Shown: piece after piece, positions 21,654-37,520 of the stretch | Numbering within the stretch: position 1 is the first letter of the stretch | Layout of the letters: the number at the start of each line of letters is the position of its first letter | NCBI RefSeq assembly: GCF_006345805.1 | Contig: NC_043005.1 | Coordinates: 86,924,001 to 86,988,000, forward strand | Source of the DNA: Octopus sinensis | Lineage: Eukaryota | DNA length: 64,000 nucleotides | Direction of reading: 5' to 3' | Notes under the pieces: model-generated | The model's database searches: none | Told to the model about the DNA's origin: nothing | The model's input: the letters and a program-made list of their open reading frames with translations, nothing else | Program-made: the position numbers and the translations under genes

Positions 21654-23265
21654 CAGTTGCGGCTAAAATGTTCAGAACGGCATTCTTTTCGTCAGAAAAG
21701 TAGATATAATTTTTTATCAAAGTTGTTTTATATTCTATAATTTTCACAGACAATAAAAACAATATTAATTGTTATTGTCTGAGATTTTGGTGTAATTTGA
21801 GAGGAGAATACTAAAGTTATGGATGATTTAGTGATTTACTGCAAAACCCATGGCGGCTAAAATGATCAGAACGGTTGAAAAAATAGCAAAATAATCAAAG
21901 ATGACAGAGAATACCGGAATTATATAATATTTAGTGTGAAGCCCTTTAGCTTCAATCACACTCTGACATCTTCGACTGTATGAGGAAATTAAAGTTTCAA
22001 TTTCTTGCTGGGTGATCTTATTCCATTCTTCCTGAAGGGCATTCCATAATTGCTCAGTTGTTATAGGATTTCTGGATTTCGAACGATCTCCTAGAATATT
22101 CCATACATTTTCAGTAGGATTGAGATCAGGGCTTTGAGCTGGGCAATCCATAACAATAACCTTTTCAGCCTTGAGGAAGTTCATGACCACCTTAGCCTTG
22201 TGACATGGGGAATTGTCCTGCATGAATATGGGTGGTCTCTTAGTTGAATTTCTCAGCACAGGCAAGGCATGATCTTTTACAAGTTGTTTATAAACTCCTG
22301 CATTTAACTTTCCATATAATCGCACCAAAGGGCCCACACCATCTCCAGATATCATTTCCCAAACCATGGCACTTCCTCTACCGAATTTAACACTAGTCTT
22401 AAGCATTTAGGCAACAATTTTTCACCTACTTTTCCCATCTGAGCCAAATAGCATAAACTTAGATTCATCACTGAAATGAACCGTTTGCCATTGTTCTTGA
22501 GACCACAACACATGTTCGGTTGCAAAGGTAAGACGACACTTTTTATTCTTGGAGCTGATCAGTGGCTTCACTGCAGGTGCTCTTCCTTGTAGGTCATGTT
22601 CAACTAAACGACGAGACACAGTTTTTCGAGATATAGTTTTCTTCAATACAATGCTCATTTTCCAAAAAAACAGCAGCAGCAGTTTTAAATCTGTCCTTTT
22701 TAACCAACTTTACCATAGCACGATCTTCTCTCTTGGTCGTTTTTCTTGGCCTACCTGTAAACTTTCTTGCTTCAAACGAACCACGATCATCGTAGACCTT
22801 AAGAATACCGTGAACAACACTCTTCGACTTGTTAACAATCTTTGCAATAGATCCAATACTTAAATTATCCTTCCTTCGAAGCTTAATAATCTGCTGACGA
22901 ATTGGTAACGGAGTAAGTGGCATTATATTAACACAGTACACTGCAAATATTCTTACTAATGTTTAGTAAACGAACCGTCACGTAAACAAATTCAAAACAT
23001 TAGAGTTCGCCGGTTAAATATACTAAAACACGGAGTAAAAGCAATGGTTCTGATCATTTTGGCCGCCATGGGTTTTGCAGTAAATCACTAAATCATCCAT
23101 AACTTTCGTATTATCCTCTCAAATTACACCAAAATCGCAGGCAATAGCAAATAGTATCGTATTTATTGTCTGTGATAATTATAGAATATAAAACAACTTT
23201 GATAAAAAATTATATCTACTTTTCTGACGAAAACAATGCCGTTCTGAACATTTTAGCCGCAACTG
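21654..23265 (-). mobile_element. Complete Tc1 DNA transposon (1612 bp) with IR/DR ends
   Basis: ~220-bp TIRs (21654-21874, 23046-23265) starting CAGTTGCGGCTAAAATG. Each has outer and inner GCGGCTAAAATG(T/A)TCAGAAC repeats. TA flanks both ends. Confidence 0.95.
21924..22923 (-). pseudogene. Tc1 DD34E transposase, disrupted
   Basis: GRPRKTT, FSDESKF, MVW, QDN and SPDLNPTE with exactly 34 residues between D and E. Frameshift near 22660, and stops plus a probable deletion near 22410-22425. Confidence 0.93.
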
Positions 23266-23313
23266 TATATATGTATGTATGTAAGTATGTATGCATGTAT
23301 GTATGTATGTATG

Positions 23314-23392
<79 letters not shown>

Positions 23393-25289
23393 CCTTTCAA
23401 AAACCTCCAATAACCTCTTCCCATTCATTCAAGTAAGCATTTGCAGCCGCATCCGAAACCATGTCAAATTACACAGCACAGGGTTACTGAAATAGTTGAG
23501 GCCCTGAGTGTGTTATGCCAGTGTTTTGTTGAAAGGCAGTGTTTCAATTGTAATGATTATACTGGATGAAAGATTTATTTGCACAAATTGCCAAAGCTAG
23601 CATTCGTGTTAGGACTAGAGATAATTGAGTTTATAATGCTGCAGCTCTTATATAATGCATCCATAGAAATGTTCTGACTTTTTTTTATGTTTTCATTGCA
23701 TCGCAGGTTTCTTATGCCTATTATTTTCAGTAATGTCATACCTAATACTGAAGAGCTTTTAAATTCTTCCATAGCATGCAATAAAGTTTGCGTCGCACTT
23801 TTATCCTAATGAAGAGTAATCTGCCTAAGCTTGTTATTAAGCAAATCATAATAATTAACAACAAACCTTTAATTATTAATCTTATTTGTCTTCCGTTCGA
23901 TTATCAACTTTAAATACTGAAAGAAATTCAAATATGTCGCAGTAGAGCCTGGACGCGGCAGTAAAATAAGAAATATTTTTTTTTTAAATCCGCCTACTTC
24001 AATTACTTTCTCCTTCACACCAACACTCGAAACTTTTGTGGTTTTATTCTTATATATGCCCAGCATTTAAGCCATACATGCTGTGAGATAATACCATATA
24101 TTCAAGAAAATTATGGATCAGATAACAATTACCAGAACATATAAAATTCCTTAAACTATATTTTCATGTGCTTTGCGATCCTGAAATGAATGTACAAGTT
24201 TACAACAATAATTTTAACGGCAAATTACAGTTTTTATGGCAAACATGTTCTTTTGTATGAAATACTGACTACAAAAATTTACAATTTTAGCGCAATTTTA
24301 ACCGAAAAACATTGATGTATTTGCCATAGAGTTTACTTGTATTGTCAGCAATCTGAGCAGAATTTTATGCATTCCACTCCTGGCGTCTCTAATTAAGTTA
24401 GTATTAATTTGTTATTAATTTGCTATTTCTTCTAATGATCTAATGATTCGCTGCTGATTAAGTCAAATCAGTCACGTTACATTCTCATCTGAAAATGACA
24501 GTTCTCAAAAGTATTCGGAAACACTGGATTCCACCATTTTTTAAAGATTCAGGAAGGGCAAAGCCAATTCTTTGATATAATCCTCATCGCTAGAATATTC
24601 TCTGAAAGATTATATTTTAGGATTTTCCACATATTATTGAGTAAAATCCACCATTGACAATTCCCTATCACATATGATACACAACGACGTAGAACACTTG
24701 GCACAGATGTTAGTTTGTTATAAAACTGAAGACACAGAAGCCCGGAATCTAATCCGGTTCTGCATAACTTATAACGTTTCTCGCGATAGCTAGATTGTGG
24801 TTCAATTCCCAGACCGGACGCTGCATTGAGTTCTTGAGTAAAATATTTCGCTTCACTAAGTTGTAAACGAGTACCCCACGATGGATTGGTGTCGAGTTCA
24901 GTACAAATGTTATGATTTCGATTACTTATATAATATGGAAACCGGGCAATCTGCTTATGAGTGCCAGAACTTAAGACAATATTACTTTACTAATATGCGA
25001 GCGAGATTGCAATATTCCTCACCACCGAAAAGGACACTGACCCGTCACCGGAAGTCACCTTCGAAGCTATAACTAAAACTCAGTGAATTGGAGGAACATG
25101 AAATGAAGCCTTTTGCTCAAAAAACACAACGTATACTCCGATCCGGGTATCGAAACCATGACGGCAAGATCGTGAACGTAGCAACCTAACCACTAGGCCA
25201 TGTACCTTCATCAAGATAGATCTACAGCCAACATATTGTTTTCAAATTTCAGCGCCAGTAATTATGGAGGAGAGTGTAAGCCGCATACA

Positions 25290-25427
25290 TCGACCCGAGT
25301 AGTCAACTGGTACGTATTTTATCGGTCTGGAAAGTATGAAAGGTGGAATCAACCTCGGCGGAATTTGAACTCAAAATGTTAAAGCATTTTACCCGGCGTG
25401 CTAACGTTTCAGCCATCTCGGTGCCTT
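25290..25427 (-). mobile_element. SINE-D, partial
   Basis: cctcggcggaatttgaactc..cggcgtgctaacgttt is shared with the 34240-34330 copy. Confidence 0.7.
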
Positions 25428-25865
25428 ATATGCAGACAACATGTAATCAAGCTCTTTAATAAAAGAAACGCTAACATGATACAACAGCTATATTTATGGT
25501 GATACCGTTCAGCATTTCGTGCCACTCTAAAATTTTCCTTATTGTTAATCTCTATATCAAAACAGTACAGCATTGTACAGAATAACGAGTAAAATATACC
25601 TTCTGCATTTCCGAAAAAGACAACCTAGATACGTTCCTCCCTTTAGCGTTACGTGCAAACTCTGCCTTCTGGCAACTCTTCAGCGATTTGAAATGCCAAC
25701 TAAAGATTGTCAACTCGTCCCTACCTCTTTATACCATCTTACTTTTCGTGTATTTCGCTAACGAAACGTGTACAGCGCAAAGAGACAGCAAGTTACTGGC
25801 TGGTTTTAATCTTCAAAATGAACAACATAAAATATGTAATCATATTTTAACAGTTTTTGTTTATG

Positions 25866-25935
<70 letters not shown>

Positions 25936-26494
25936 ATTCACTTTGACGATGTTATAATTATATATAGGAAGGCGGTGTGGTGGCAGAGTCGGTAGTACGT
26001 CAGACAAAACGTTTAGCGGTACTTGTTTTAATACGTTGAGTATAACTTCGGTAGTCATTCATTTGAAGCTGATGACATAAGTATCAGTCAAGCACTGGGG
26101 TCAATGTAATCGACTGGTCCCCTTCCTATCAAATTTTCACGTCTTAAACACGAAGTTTAGAAGAATTTTTTATAATATCTAGACGGCTAAGTTCGAAAAA
26201 TTTCATCGGTAAAAACGAATACGTTTATCAATTTTATAGTATATCTGTGTAACTTGGCTTAGTAACTTGGCTGAAGTAACTTGGCTTATTGTGGAAGTAT
26301 AATACTTTTATATATATTAAGTATAAATATGCAATTTTCAGATCTTGGTGTTCGCAGTACAGCTACGGATATATTATCGGTTGCCAGATATCAGCAATAT
26401 TTAGTGAATAGTTTGTTCAACGAATTTATAGATAAAGGAATCGGATCTGGTTTAGACTCCAAATCACGGGTGCTTCTGGCTGACGAGAGAAAAA

Positions 26495-26800
26495 GAAACT
26501 GGCCCTCCGTCCGTTACGATCAGATCAACGTATCAGCCTGCTCGTGAAAGAAACATGCAAGTGGAAGAGTATTCCACAGACACGCGTGGACTTAACATAG
26601 TACTCAGGGAGATTCGGTGTCACAAATATGGGGACCAGATTGACATTTTGACTCTTTTTTGCCAGGACTGGCAAAAAAGAACACCGAGGACTGGAATAAC
26701 GTGAAATACAGTGCGTTGCCCAATGAAACAGCATGCTGCCAGGAATCTAACTCACGCCCTTACCACCGTGAGTTAAATGCCCTAACTACTAACTTATGCA
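26495..26800 (-). mobile_element. SINE-C, diverged
   Basis: Reverse complement matches 28835-29120 and 39617-39745 (ttcacgagcaggctg, gtctgtgga, ctgaatctccctgag). Confidence 0.65.
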
Positions 26801-27265
26801 CCTTTACTAGGCTGCCGAGATGCATGTTGGAACACCGCGGTCCTAGCATGGCTTGCACCAAGGCGTCGAGTGTGTTACGAACACATTCTCGTCGGAAAAA
26901 GGATAAACTGCTCTCCCGTAGCCTACACAACATCGATTGGCATATTTGCGTTCGAATCAGCCAGAACGTTTTAAGAATATATATGCATGCCATCATTGTT
27001 ACTGGCAATCAGATAGCAGCCTTCGATAAAAGAAGTGCACACTGTCATGTTCGTTTAGCAGAGAACTAGAACCAATCAATGAACAAGCACACAGACACAC
27101 AAGCACACACACGCACAAGCACACACACATACATGCATATATGAGTGTGTTTGTGAACGTGTTGTTTTGTGAGTGTGCGTGCGTGGGTGCGTGTTTGCGT
27201 GCATATATGTGTACGTACCTACTTGATAGATAGATAGATAGATAGATAGGTAGATAGATAGATAA

Positions 27266-27350
<85 letters not shown>

Positions 27351-27929
27351 CAGATACTTTTTATATAGGTTTGTAATTTTAATGTTGTCCTAAAGCTTGA
27401 TGCGTATAGCAATTATAATTTTCAAGCAAATGAATAATTAATAACCTGTTAGGGAATTCACATGCTAATGTAGCATATCGTAAATGAAGTTTTAAATAGA
27501 ATTTAAGCTATATTCTTTACAAATGATATTAAACACATAGAACATAATCACAACTCATAAATATCAAGCGGTATATAATTTCTGAAAATAACATTTATAC
27601 GTATACATATTCATTATACTTTATTTGGGATTTTCATAATATCGAGTGATGGCGAAGTTTTCTTGGAAGCCGTGGTGTCACAGGTTCGATTCCTTACCTG
27701 TACCGTCACCAAAACACTGGCAGGATTAACCGTGGTGCAGAGATGTTTTTTAAGGAAGTTGTGATAGAGAAATGTTTTGATGAGGGTTTTTGTGGAGTAA
27801 AAAGAGCTGTATGACGCGGAATTACTAGAGTTTTGGCCGATGGTTTATAAGAGATGAGCATGTGCACATCTCATGTGTGTGATTGTTACGTGTGTTTCTT
27901 TATCACCATTTTGTGTTGAATTTTTTAAG

Positions 27930-27998
<69 letters not shown>

Positions 27999-28099
27999 AC
28001 AGTGAAAAAGTTTCAATGAAAAATAAAATATTGGAATATTTATGTTTTTATGTTTGCTGCTCTCATACGTCTTTCCAAGCGCCTTGTTGTACCACTACT

Positions 28100-28170
<71 letters not shown>

Positions 28171-28221
28171 TATATGAACGTATACACACACATATATATA
28201 TAGAGAGAGAGAGAGAGATAT

Positions 28222-28328
<107 letters not shown>

Positions 28329-28834
28329 AGAGAGAGAAAATTGTTTTTCGTAACGTAGAATTCATTTACAGAGAGGAAGTCCACTTTTGGGTTGACTGCC
28401 ACACCCCGCCCCTCCATTGAACATGTCTACGTTTGACTTGCATTTATTTAGTGGAATTTGATTTTTCGCAAACTGGCACCAGACATATCGATTTGCATGA
28501 CCTAACCACTCACCGTTTCTGTCTAAAATTCCCCCTCAAAAATGAGATTTAAATCCCTTTGTCGCATCTTTCCACCTTTTTGCAATCATCTGATATTTCC
28601 TCTCTAATATTTGGCAGCTAAATTACTTCCTGTTCCTTTTCAAACCACATATCCTATTCCCACCCAGGCACAAACCTCACAATCACAATCAACAGCGTAT
28701 CTCCTCTAGGCAGTACACAGTGTATTTTCTCAAATTTGACTCAGAAAGGTGGTGTCTGCTCACTTCACGTCTCTCAAATCACTGTTGAGAAGGATTTCGC
28801 TAATAAATAATTCTATATGTATACTTGTATCGTG

Positions 28835-29120
28835 AAGGCTAGTAGCTTAGTGCTTGGGGTATACTCACCGCCTTTAGATTGCTCACTATCGAAAAGTCGT
28901 GTGATCGATACACGTGTGTTCGCGTTTTGCCCTTGAGCATGACACATTATTTCACGTTGCTTCATTCCATTCAACTAGCAAAAAATGAGCTGTACCTGAA
29001 ATGCAAAGGGCCCAACTTGTCACACTGTGTGCTACACTGAATCTCTCAGAAATGCGTTAAGCGTGTCTGTAGAGTATTCGGCCATTTGCTTGTTAATTTC
29101 ACGAGTAGGCTGTTCTGCTG
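28835..29120 (+). mobile_element. SINE-C, diverged
   Basis: tRNA-like head, then ccttgagc..tatttcacgttgc body shared with 57973-58135. Confidence 0.7.
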
Positions 29121-30794
29121 ATGTCATATAAACAACAGAATGTCAGGTGTCAGTTACACTTGCATCTCACCTGCTCCGTCTTTGATGTACTCGTCGTCGC
29201 TGACAAAGCTCTCAGAGTTTTCTCATGACGATACCGATGCAGAAGACGAATATTTTCATTCCCAGACCTTTACTCGAATTTGTGCCATTCTCTACATGTA
29301 TTCCAGACCATTACACATGAACACCTCATATTTTTCTTCACAAGTCCTAAAATGGACCAGTCCGTGATCACCTATGCACTTGTTATTTCATTTGCCACAA
29401 CTGCATATAACTGCGCAACACACAATCATGCATTAGAGAGCCTGCCATTTTCCCCATGCGACATATTGTACTTGTTGGTCCCTACCGAACTCTGCTCTAC
29501 TTCTGGGTTCCCTTCTTCCCGATCCTTTTTTCTATCAATTGCCTACTTAGTACTACACTGCAGTGAGTATGGAAGCCGCAGGCGCAAACCGGGATGACGC
29601 CAAATGCATGGGCATCGATGGCATATTTGCATAGACAATGGTGAGTGATGGTCTTCCTTGATCACGAGTAACCCGCCATCATCCGCATCATATTTGTATG
29701 TATATATGTAATATATGTAACTATGTAAGCACGTATGTATATAACTATGTATGTAGTTATGGATGTAAGTAAATACCTACGTAGACCTTATATATGTAGG
29801 TATGTAGGTATATATATATTTCTACGCTTGTATGTGTTGTTATGTGTATTTGTGTATATACATATTTATGTATGTATGTATGTATAAATATGGCTGCGAC
29901 TAAATCTCCATGAATCTTCATGTAATACCAACACCACAAGCGAACAAAATTACCTATTAACATTACCACTGTTCAAACTTATTTGACGTGATATAAAGCA
30001 TTACGGTTCTAAATTCTCAAGATAACTTGCGAATAAATATGTTCCCCTAACTAAATTACTCCGTGAGGAACAAATACAGGAACACATAGCAGGAATTACA
30101 AGAAAATTCAATACAAATAAATACTAACATAGACTGTACTTGCTTGGGAATTGTATAGCAATATTTTAAAAGTTGTAGCACGTTGTATGGACAGGTTATA
30201 CTAGCCTTAAATAAATACTTACTTCGAGTTCAGGTTCAGTTTTCAAATAGGTAATTTATTTACAATAAATAAATAATATCTACTTAGGAATAATAAATTG
30301 TTATGTATTTATGAAAACCATATTTAAAGATATGTGTAAGCTCGCTTTAAATCTATTTGTATAGCTTCAATATAATAGATACACGGAATTCGAGGCTTCT
30401 CCAGATGTGAAAAACGTACGTAAAATTTATAAAATGAATACTAACTTTCGACTATATGTTAAGGCAGCTGCTTCATTATGATATATTTAGGGGCAGAGTG
30501 AGCAGGTTACCACATAATAAATAGTTTATGTCTAAAACGTGATTTTGCTATTGGCATGAAGGTAATTGAATTTCGTAGCCGGGTTAACTGCAAACTTTGC
30601 TAAAGCATTGCTCGTTCTTGGACTGCATATTAATGCCAAGAATATGCAGCTGGTTCTCGCTTGGCAATGATGGCAGGAATATTGGAGGAAGTGAAATATT
30701 GTGAAAGATAACGAGAAATAGGGAGTAAGAACAAGACAGAAAGAAACAGGTGATACAACATATACACATTTAAGTACATACATTCTAACACATA

Positions 30795-30833
<39 letters not shown>

Positions 30834-30887
30834 AAAATCTTATATAGCTACACATAAGTACATACATACACACACATATACATATAC

Positions 30888-30938
<51 letters not shown>

Positions 30939-30960
30939 CACATATACATATACATATATG

Positions 30961-30992
<32 letters not shown>

Positions 30993-31035
30993 TATACATA
31001 TACATATATATATATATAATATATATATATATATA

Positions 31036-31891
<856 letters not shown>

Positions 31892-32257
31892 TATATATAT
31901 ATATAGAGAGAGAGAGAGAGTGAGAGAGCGAGAGAGAGAGATTCATTTATATACATATATACATATACACATACATATATATATATATACAGATAGATAG
32001 ATAAATAGATAGATAGATAGATTCATATATATATACATATATACATATACACACGCATATATATACATACACACACATGCACGTATATATATATATAATA
32101 TATATATATATATGCATATATATCACGATATATACATGAATATACATATACGTATGTATATATATGTATATATATGTATATAAAATTATATATATATGTA
32201 TGTGTGTATGTATGTATTTATGCTTGCATGAATGCATATATATGTATATATATATTC

Positions 32258-32306
<49 letters not shown>

Positions 32307-32478
32307 CATCTGAATATGCACTTTTTATCACACACAGAAACACATGCATACACATATACGTAGATGATTCTGTGAATGCGTGCGTATGAGAATCTGCATC
32401 TGTACATAATCCATGCATAACTCATATATAAGTGTGTGCATACGTGCGCTTGTACAATCATGTTCACATATTCATATC

Positions 32479-32537
<59 letters not shown>

Positions 32538-32805
32538 TTGCATTATATCTATACAAGCATACAGAGAGACAGTTGCACATTGCGTAGAATATTTCTCTAT
32601 AATTCATCTGGGTAGGAATTGGCACATTTGAATAGCAAAACTTGTAAACTGGTCTCATGGATGCTTGAAAGGTTGGCATGCCAAATTTACAGTTAAGGTG
32701 TTTTGCAAGAATATACACCCAAACTTGCAGGCTCTTCTATTTTTTTTTATCAATAAATTTGGCACGGAGCAAGAACCTATGCATATTCTCTGCCATATTC
32801 GATAT

Positions 32806-32850
<45 letters not shown>

Positions 32851-33039
32851 ATATATATATATATATACAAACACGGGCACAGACACACACACACACACAC
32901 TATATATATATATATATGTATGTATATATATATATATATGTTTTATATGTGAGTGTGTGTATTTATAGATATGTATGTATGCATATATATATATATATAT
33001 ATATATAAGTGGGTGGTTGTTTATATATATGTGTGTGTA

Positions 33040-33470
33040 GGTGGCGTTGTTGCTTCCCAACCAAATGGTTCTAGGTTCAGTCCCACTGTGTGGCATCTTG
33101 GGCAGATGTATTCTTCTATATCCTCCAGCCGTCTAAAGGCTTGTGTGTGAATTTCAGCGATGGAAACGTGAAAGCCCGTCATATGTGTGTTCTCGTTTGT
33201 ATATGATCTCGTGTATGTGTGTGTGCATGTGTACGTATTTGATTGTGTGTGTATGTGTGTGCCTGTGTGTGATCTTTGTATCGCTGTCTGTCCCTCATAA
33301 CTGCTTGACAACCGATTTTGTTTTGTTTACATCCCCATAACATAGCGGTTTTACATAAGTACAAGGTTTAAAAAGCCAAAAATACGTACTGGGTTCGATT
33401 CATTTGAATAACAATTCTTCAAAGTGGGGCCCCAGCTTGGCCGAAGTCTAATGACTGAACGAGTAAATGA
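33040..33470 (+). mobile_element. SINE-A, diverged
   Basis: ggttcagtcccactgtgtggcatcttggg head and cagcttggccgaagtctaatgactga tail. Confidence 0.7.
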
Positions 33471-33736
33471 TAAGAAAAAAGTATTCGTTGAGATATCTTT
33501 GAATAGGAAATATAAATAAGAAGGGAAACAAGAGAAAGGGTGAGAGAATGTGAGAGCATTTTGATGGACAACGGTGAATCTCACATACTGTTTTTCAGTT
33601 ATCTTGATCTACAGGCTTCATAATAACATTTCATCACAGCACTTCAGCTGAATGGGATACCAATATGTTGTACACTTAAAGTCGAGCAATTCTGAAGAAA
33701 CAGCGAATTGATTACTTTGACCAATGTATTGAATTC

Positions 33737-34334
33737 TTATTTCTTTATTGCCCACAAGGGGCTAAACATAGAGGGGACAAACAAGGACAGACAAAAGGAT
33801 TAAGTCGATTATATCGACCCCAGTGCGTAACTGCTACTTATTCAATCAACCACGAAAGGATAAAAGGCAAAGTTGACCTCGGCGGAATTTGAAATCAGAA
33901 CGTAACGGCATACGAAATACCTATTTCTTTACTACCCACAAGGGGCTAAACACAGAGAGGAAAAACAAAGAGAGACACACTGATTAAGTCGATTATATCG
34001 ACCCCAGTGCATAACTGGTACTTAATTTATATACTCCGAAAGGATGAAAGGCAAAGTCGACCTCGGCGGAATTTGAACTCACAACGTAACGGCAGACGAA
34101 ATACCTATTTCTTTACTACCCACAAGGGGCTAAACACAGAGGAGACAAACAAGGGCAGACAAACGAATTAAGTCGATTATATCGACCCCAGTGCGTAACT
34201 GATACTTATTCAATCGACGCCGAATGGATGAAAGGCAAAGTCGACCTCGGCGGAATTTGACCTCAGAACGTAGCGACAGGCGAAATACCGATAAGCATTT
34301 CGCTCGGCGTGCTAACGATTCTGCCAGCGGGCCT
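33737..34334 (-). mobile_element. SINE-D with three tandem 184-bp body units
   Basis: Junctions gaaatac|ctatttcttt at 33921 and 34105; the tRNA-like head occurs only once (34270-34334). Confidence 0.9.
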
Positions 34335-34868
34335 CCTTACTTTATTCTTCCATTCTTACCTTATTTCATTCATTCCGAAACGATGAAAAACAATCTTGAC
34401 CGCGGCAGAATTTGAAATCAGGACGTTAAGAGGCAGAAAAATGCTTAACATGCTTAACTCTAAAATGTTATTACTGTCAGGAGAATCTTTCCTTATATCG
34501 ATTTCTTTCAAATTTATGTCTGCTAAAATAGGTTCCGTTCTTAACGGAAGCGCATGCCATTGTTTTGGACGAGTACATTATTAGTAATACGATACGATGG
34601 TGTCAACATATGAGTCTTTCATAATGTAGGATGGTAAAATTTAATGTAATATTCAACAGGTGGTTATATCATAACCACGTAGGTGGATGGATAATCATAC
34701 ACTTATTTGTATACCTATACACATTCAAATGTGCGCACACCCAAAGAAAGGAACAAATGCGCGCTCACAAACACACAAACACATACACACACACACACAT
34801 ATGCGTGTGTGTGTGTGTTAGTGTGTGCATTCACACAGACATACATATATGTACAAAATTGTGTGTAT

Positions 34869-34900
<32 letters not shown>

Positions 34901-34957
34901 CATACATATATATTGTTCGAGAGATAGATAAACAGGCGTGCAGGTATAGATAGGTAA

Positions 34958-35033
<76 letters not shown>

Positions 35034-35045
35034 GTGTATGTATAC

Positions 35046-35141
<96 letters not shown>

Positions 35142-35155
35142 ACAGATATATATAT

Positions 35156-35219
<64 letters not shown>

Positions 35220-35872
35220 CGATGAAAGTTATGAAAATATAAACGTCTACAAAGTGCTGGTCCTTACATATGCGATTTGAGAACCATTTTTAGTAAACGC
35301 ATTGTAAAGAAATCCAGCGAAGAAGTTATATTTCGCCCTGGGGATCATACTTTACTACAATGGCTTTTCTTGCAAAATTGCTTATGCTGATTGCATGCTG
35401 TTGTTCTTTTTCTCTGCTTGGAAAAAAAATCACATTAAGAATGGAGTAAAATAAGAAGCTACAGTAAACGTGAAATGGCTTCCTCTTCCTCTCTTTTATC
35501 AAATCCACTGGTTGATAATGTTAGCCAAATAGATTTAGGTAAATCAGATAGAATTCTGCAAAAGAAAAAGAAAATAGAAATGAATATTAGTTTGGAATAC
35601 CTAAGAGTATTTTGCATTTGAATGCCGGAAAAAGACCTAAGCTAATTGAAAGCTTACGGAATGGCAGAAATATTTTTTCTAAAATACAGCGTTTGCAGTG
35701 TTGAGTTATTAATACTTAAATAGGCAATAAGAATACATAAAGCAACCGCCAGGTCCTTCGAGGAGCACTTTTTTAGAGTTGTTTCTATTCAAATTATTCT
35801 CATGAGGATAGCCTAACACCTCGGCCTAGTGCTTAACCTTAATTGTTACTCCTTAAATTTCACCGTAAACAG

Positions 35873-35945
35873 GCTTAAAAGGGTTTCTAATCTGAAACCA
35901 CTAAACCTGATAAATGATATTGATAAACCTGTTCAAAACCAAGGG
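35873..35945 (+). CDS. Candidate exon (LKRVSNLKPLNLINDIDKPVQNQG)
   Basis: AG acceptor, open 73 nt, consensus GTAAGT donor, phase-compatible with the next exon across a 72-nt intron. Confidence 0.45.
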
Positions 35946-36017
35946 GTAAGTTTTATTGCGTAATGCCTGGATCTGAGCTAGATAAAAGGTATCTTTTTCT
36001 CTGAAATCTCATTGCAG

Positions 36018-36045
36018 GGCCATGAAGAAATGGATAAAAATTTAG
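36018..36045 (+). CDS. Candidate 28-nt exon (GHEEMDKNL)
   Basis: tttttctctgaaatctcattgcAG acceptor and consensus GTGAGT donor. Confidence 0.45.
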
Positions 36046-36294
36046 GTGAGTATATAATAATTTTTCCTTAAATGACAGAATGCCCACAACTACAATATAT
36101 TTGTTGTATTCGTCTATACATGACCTATTAACCGACAATCATAACTGGGTTTTGAAAACGAGATTATAGCCTTCGATGAGTTCCATATCATCTGTTTTTC
36201 CAGAATGTATTTTCTCTTTCAGCCGTGAATCTTGTCCATTTGTAGTGGCTGCAGTATAAGATATAATAACTACACGCATCCCTTGTACGTGCTA

Positions 36295-36397
<103 letters not shown>

Positions 36398-37184
36398 ATA
36401 TATATACATACATATATATATATGCATATATATATGTATATATATATGTATATATATATACACTGTTGTGTCTGGGACGAGTCATTCTCTTTTAGTGCCT
36501 TATAATTTAACACACACTCCGGCAACATTTCGACTCATTGTTTAAATTTCCGTTGCATCTTGCATCCTTTTCAATAATTTTGACTTTTAGAAAAATTTTA
36601 GAAAAAATAAAAACGAAATAAGTGGAAATTTTGTCGGTAAGTGTGTTAAATTATAAGGCACAAAAAAAAAGAATGACTCACCCCAGACACAGCAAAATAT
36701 GCTTTAATACATGGACTCACTTAAAGTATTTTGCAAACCAAATCCCAAAACGAAATATATATATACATGTATGTGCGCGAGCGCGTGTGTGTTTCCTAAC
36801 ATGATTGTCAGTCACGTTGTACAACGAATCAAGTCCGAAATCATACTTTTCTCTTAAATACATCATCATCATCATCATCATATCTCTTTACCGCTTTTAT
36901 TCATTACCCGTCGGTGCCACTCAGACGCCTGATGCAGTGCCTAGAATTATCGAAGCAGATGCATTTCAGATTTTATGAGATATCTGGCATTGCCCTCCAG
37001 AATAAACCAGAAGCAAAGCCTTCTCGATTTCTAATAACACCACCTTTCATTCTTATCATTCTTTCCTTTCCATAATTCCCTTTCTTATAAAATCTGCCTC
37101 CACGTTTAGAAAGACACCACAATGCCTATTTTACCTCATTCCCTCTAACCAAATATTTACTTGCCCAAACTTATCTCTAGAATA

Positions 37185-37520
37185 AGTTAAGTTAGTTGAG
37201 TCAATTTTTGGGCTCAAAAAGCAAAACCAAGGTCATGTAGGGGGAGAGGGAATTATGTACAGGGAGGGTTTTCATGCAAAGAGTTCAGGCCATTTCTGGT
37301 CAAGAGAGACTTTTAAGCGAGCGGTCGTCGGCATCTTCACTATCTCGTCCGGCAGCTTATTCCACGGATCCGCAACCCGGACGGAGAAAGCCCCTCTCCT
37401 TCGATTGAGAGGAAATCGTCGCAGATAAAGCTTTTCGGAGTGACTCCGCAGCCGACGCTCTGAATCATGAATCAGAAAACCTATAGCAACAATTGTAAAT
37501 CCCAGAATATTTCTCAGCAT
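37185..37520 (-). mobile_element. CR1/L2-group LINE 3' fragment (second family)
   Basis: LRSHSEKL..RRGAFSVRVADPWNKLPDEIV..LKVSLDQKW* is the standard CR1 ORF2 end. Confidence 0.8.

Noticed and set aside
33737-34334. CRISPR-like or other spacer array
   Set aside because: The units are whole SINE bodies with no unique spacers. No CRISPR array or cas gene was seen anywhere in the window.
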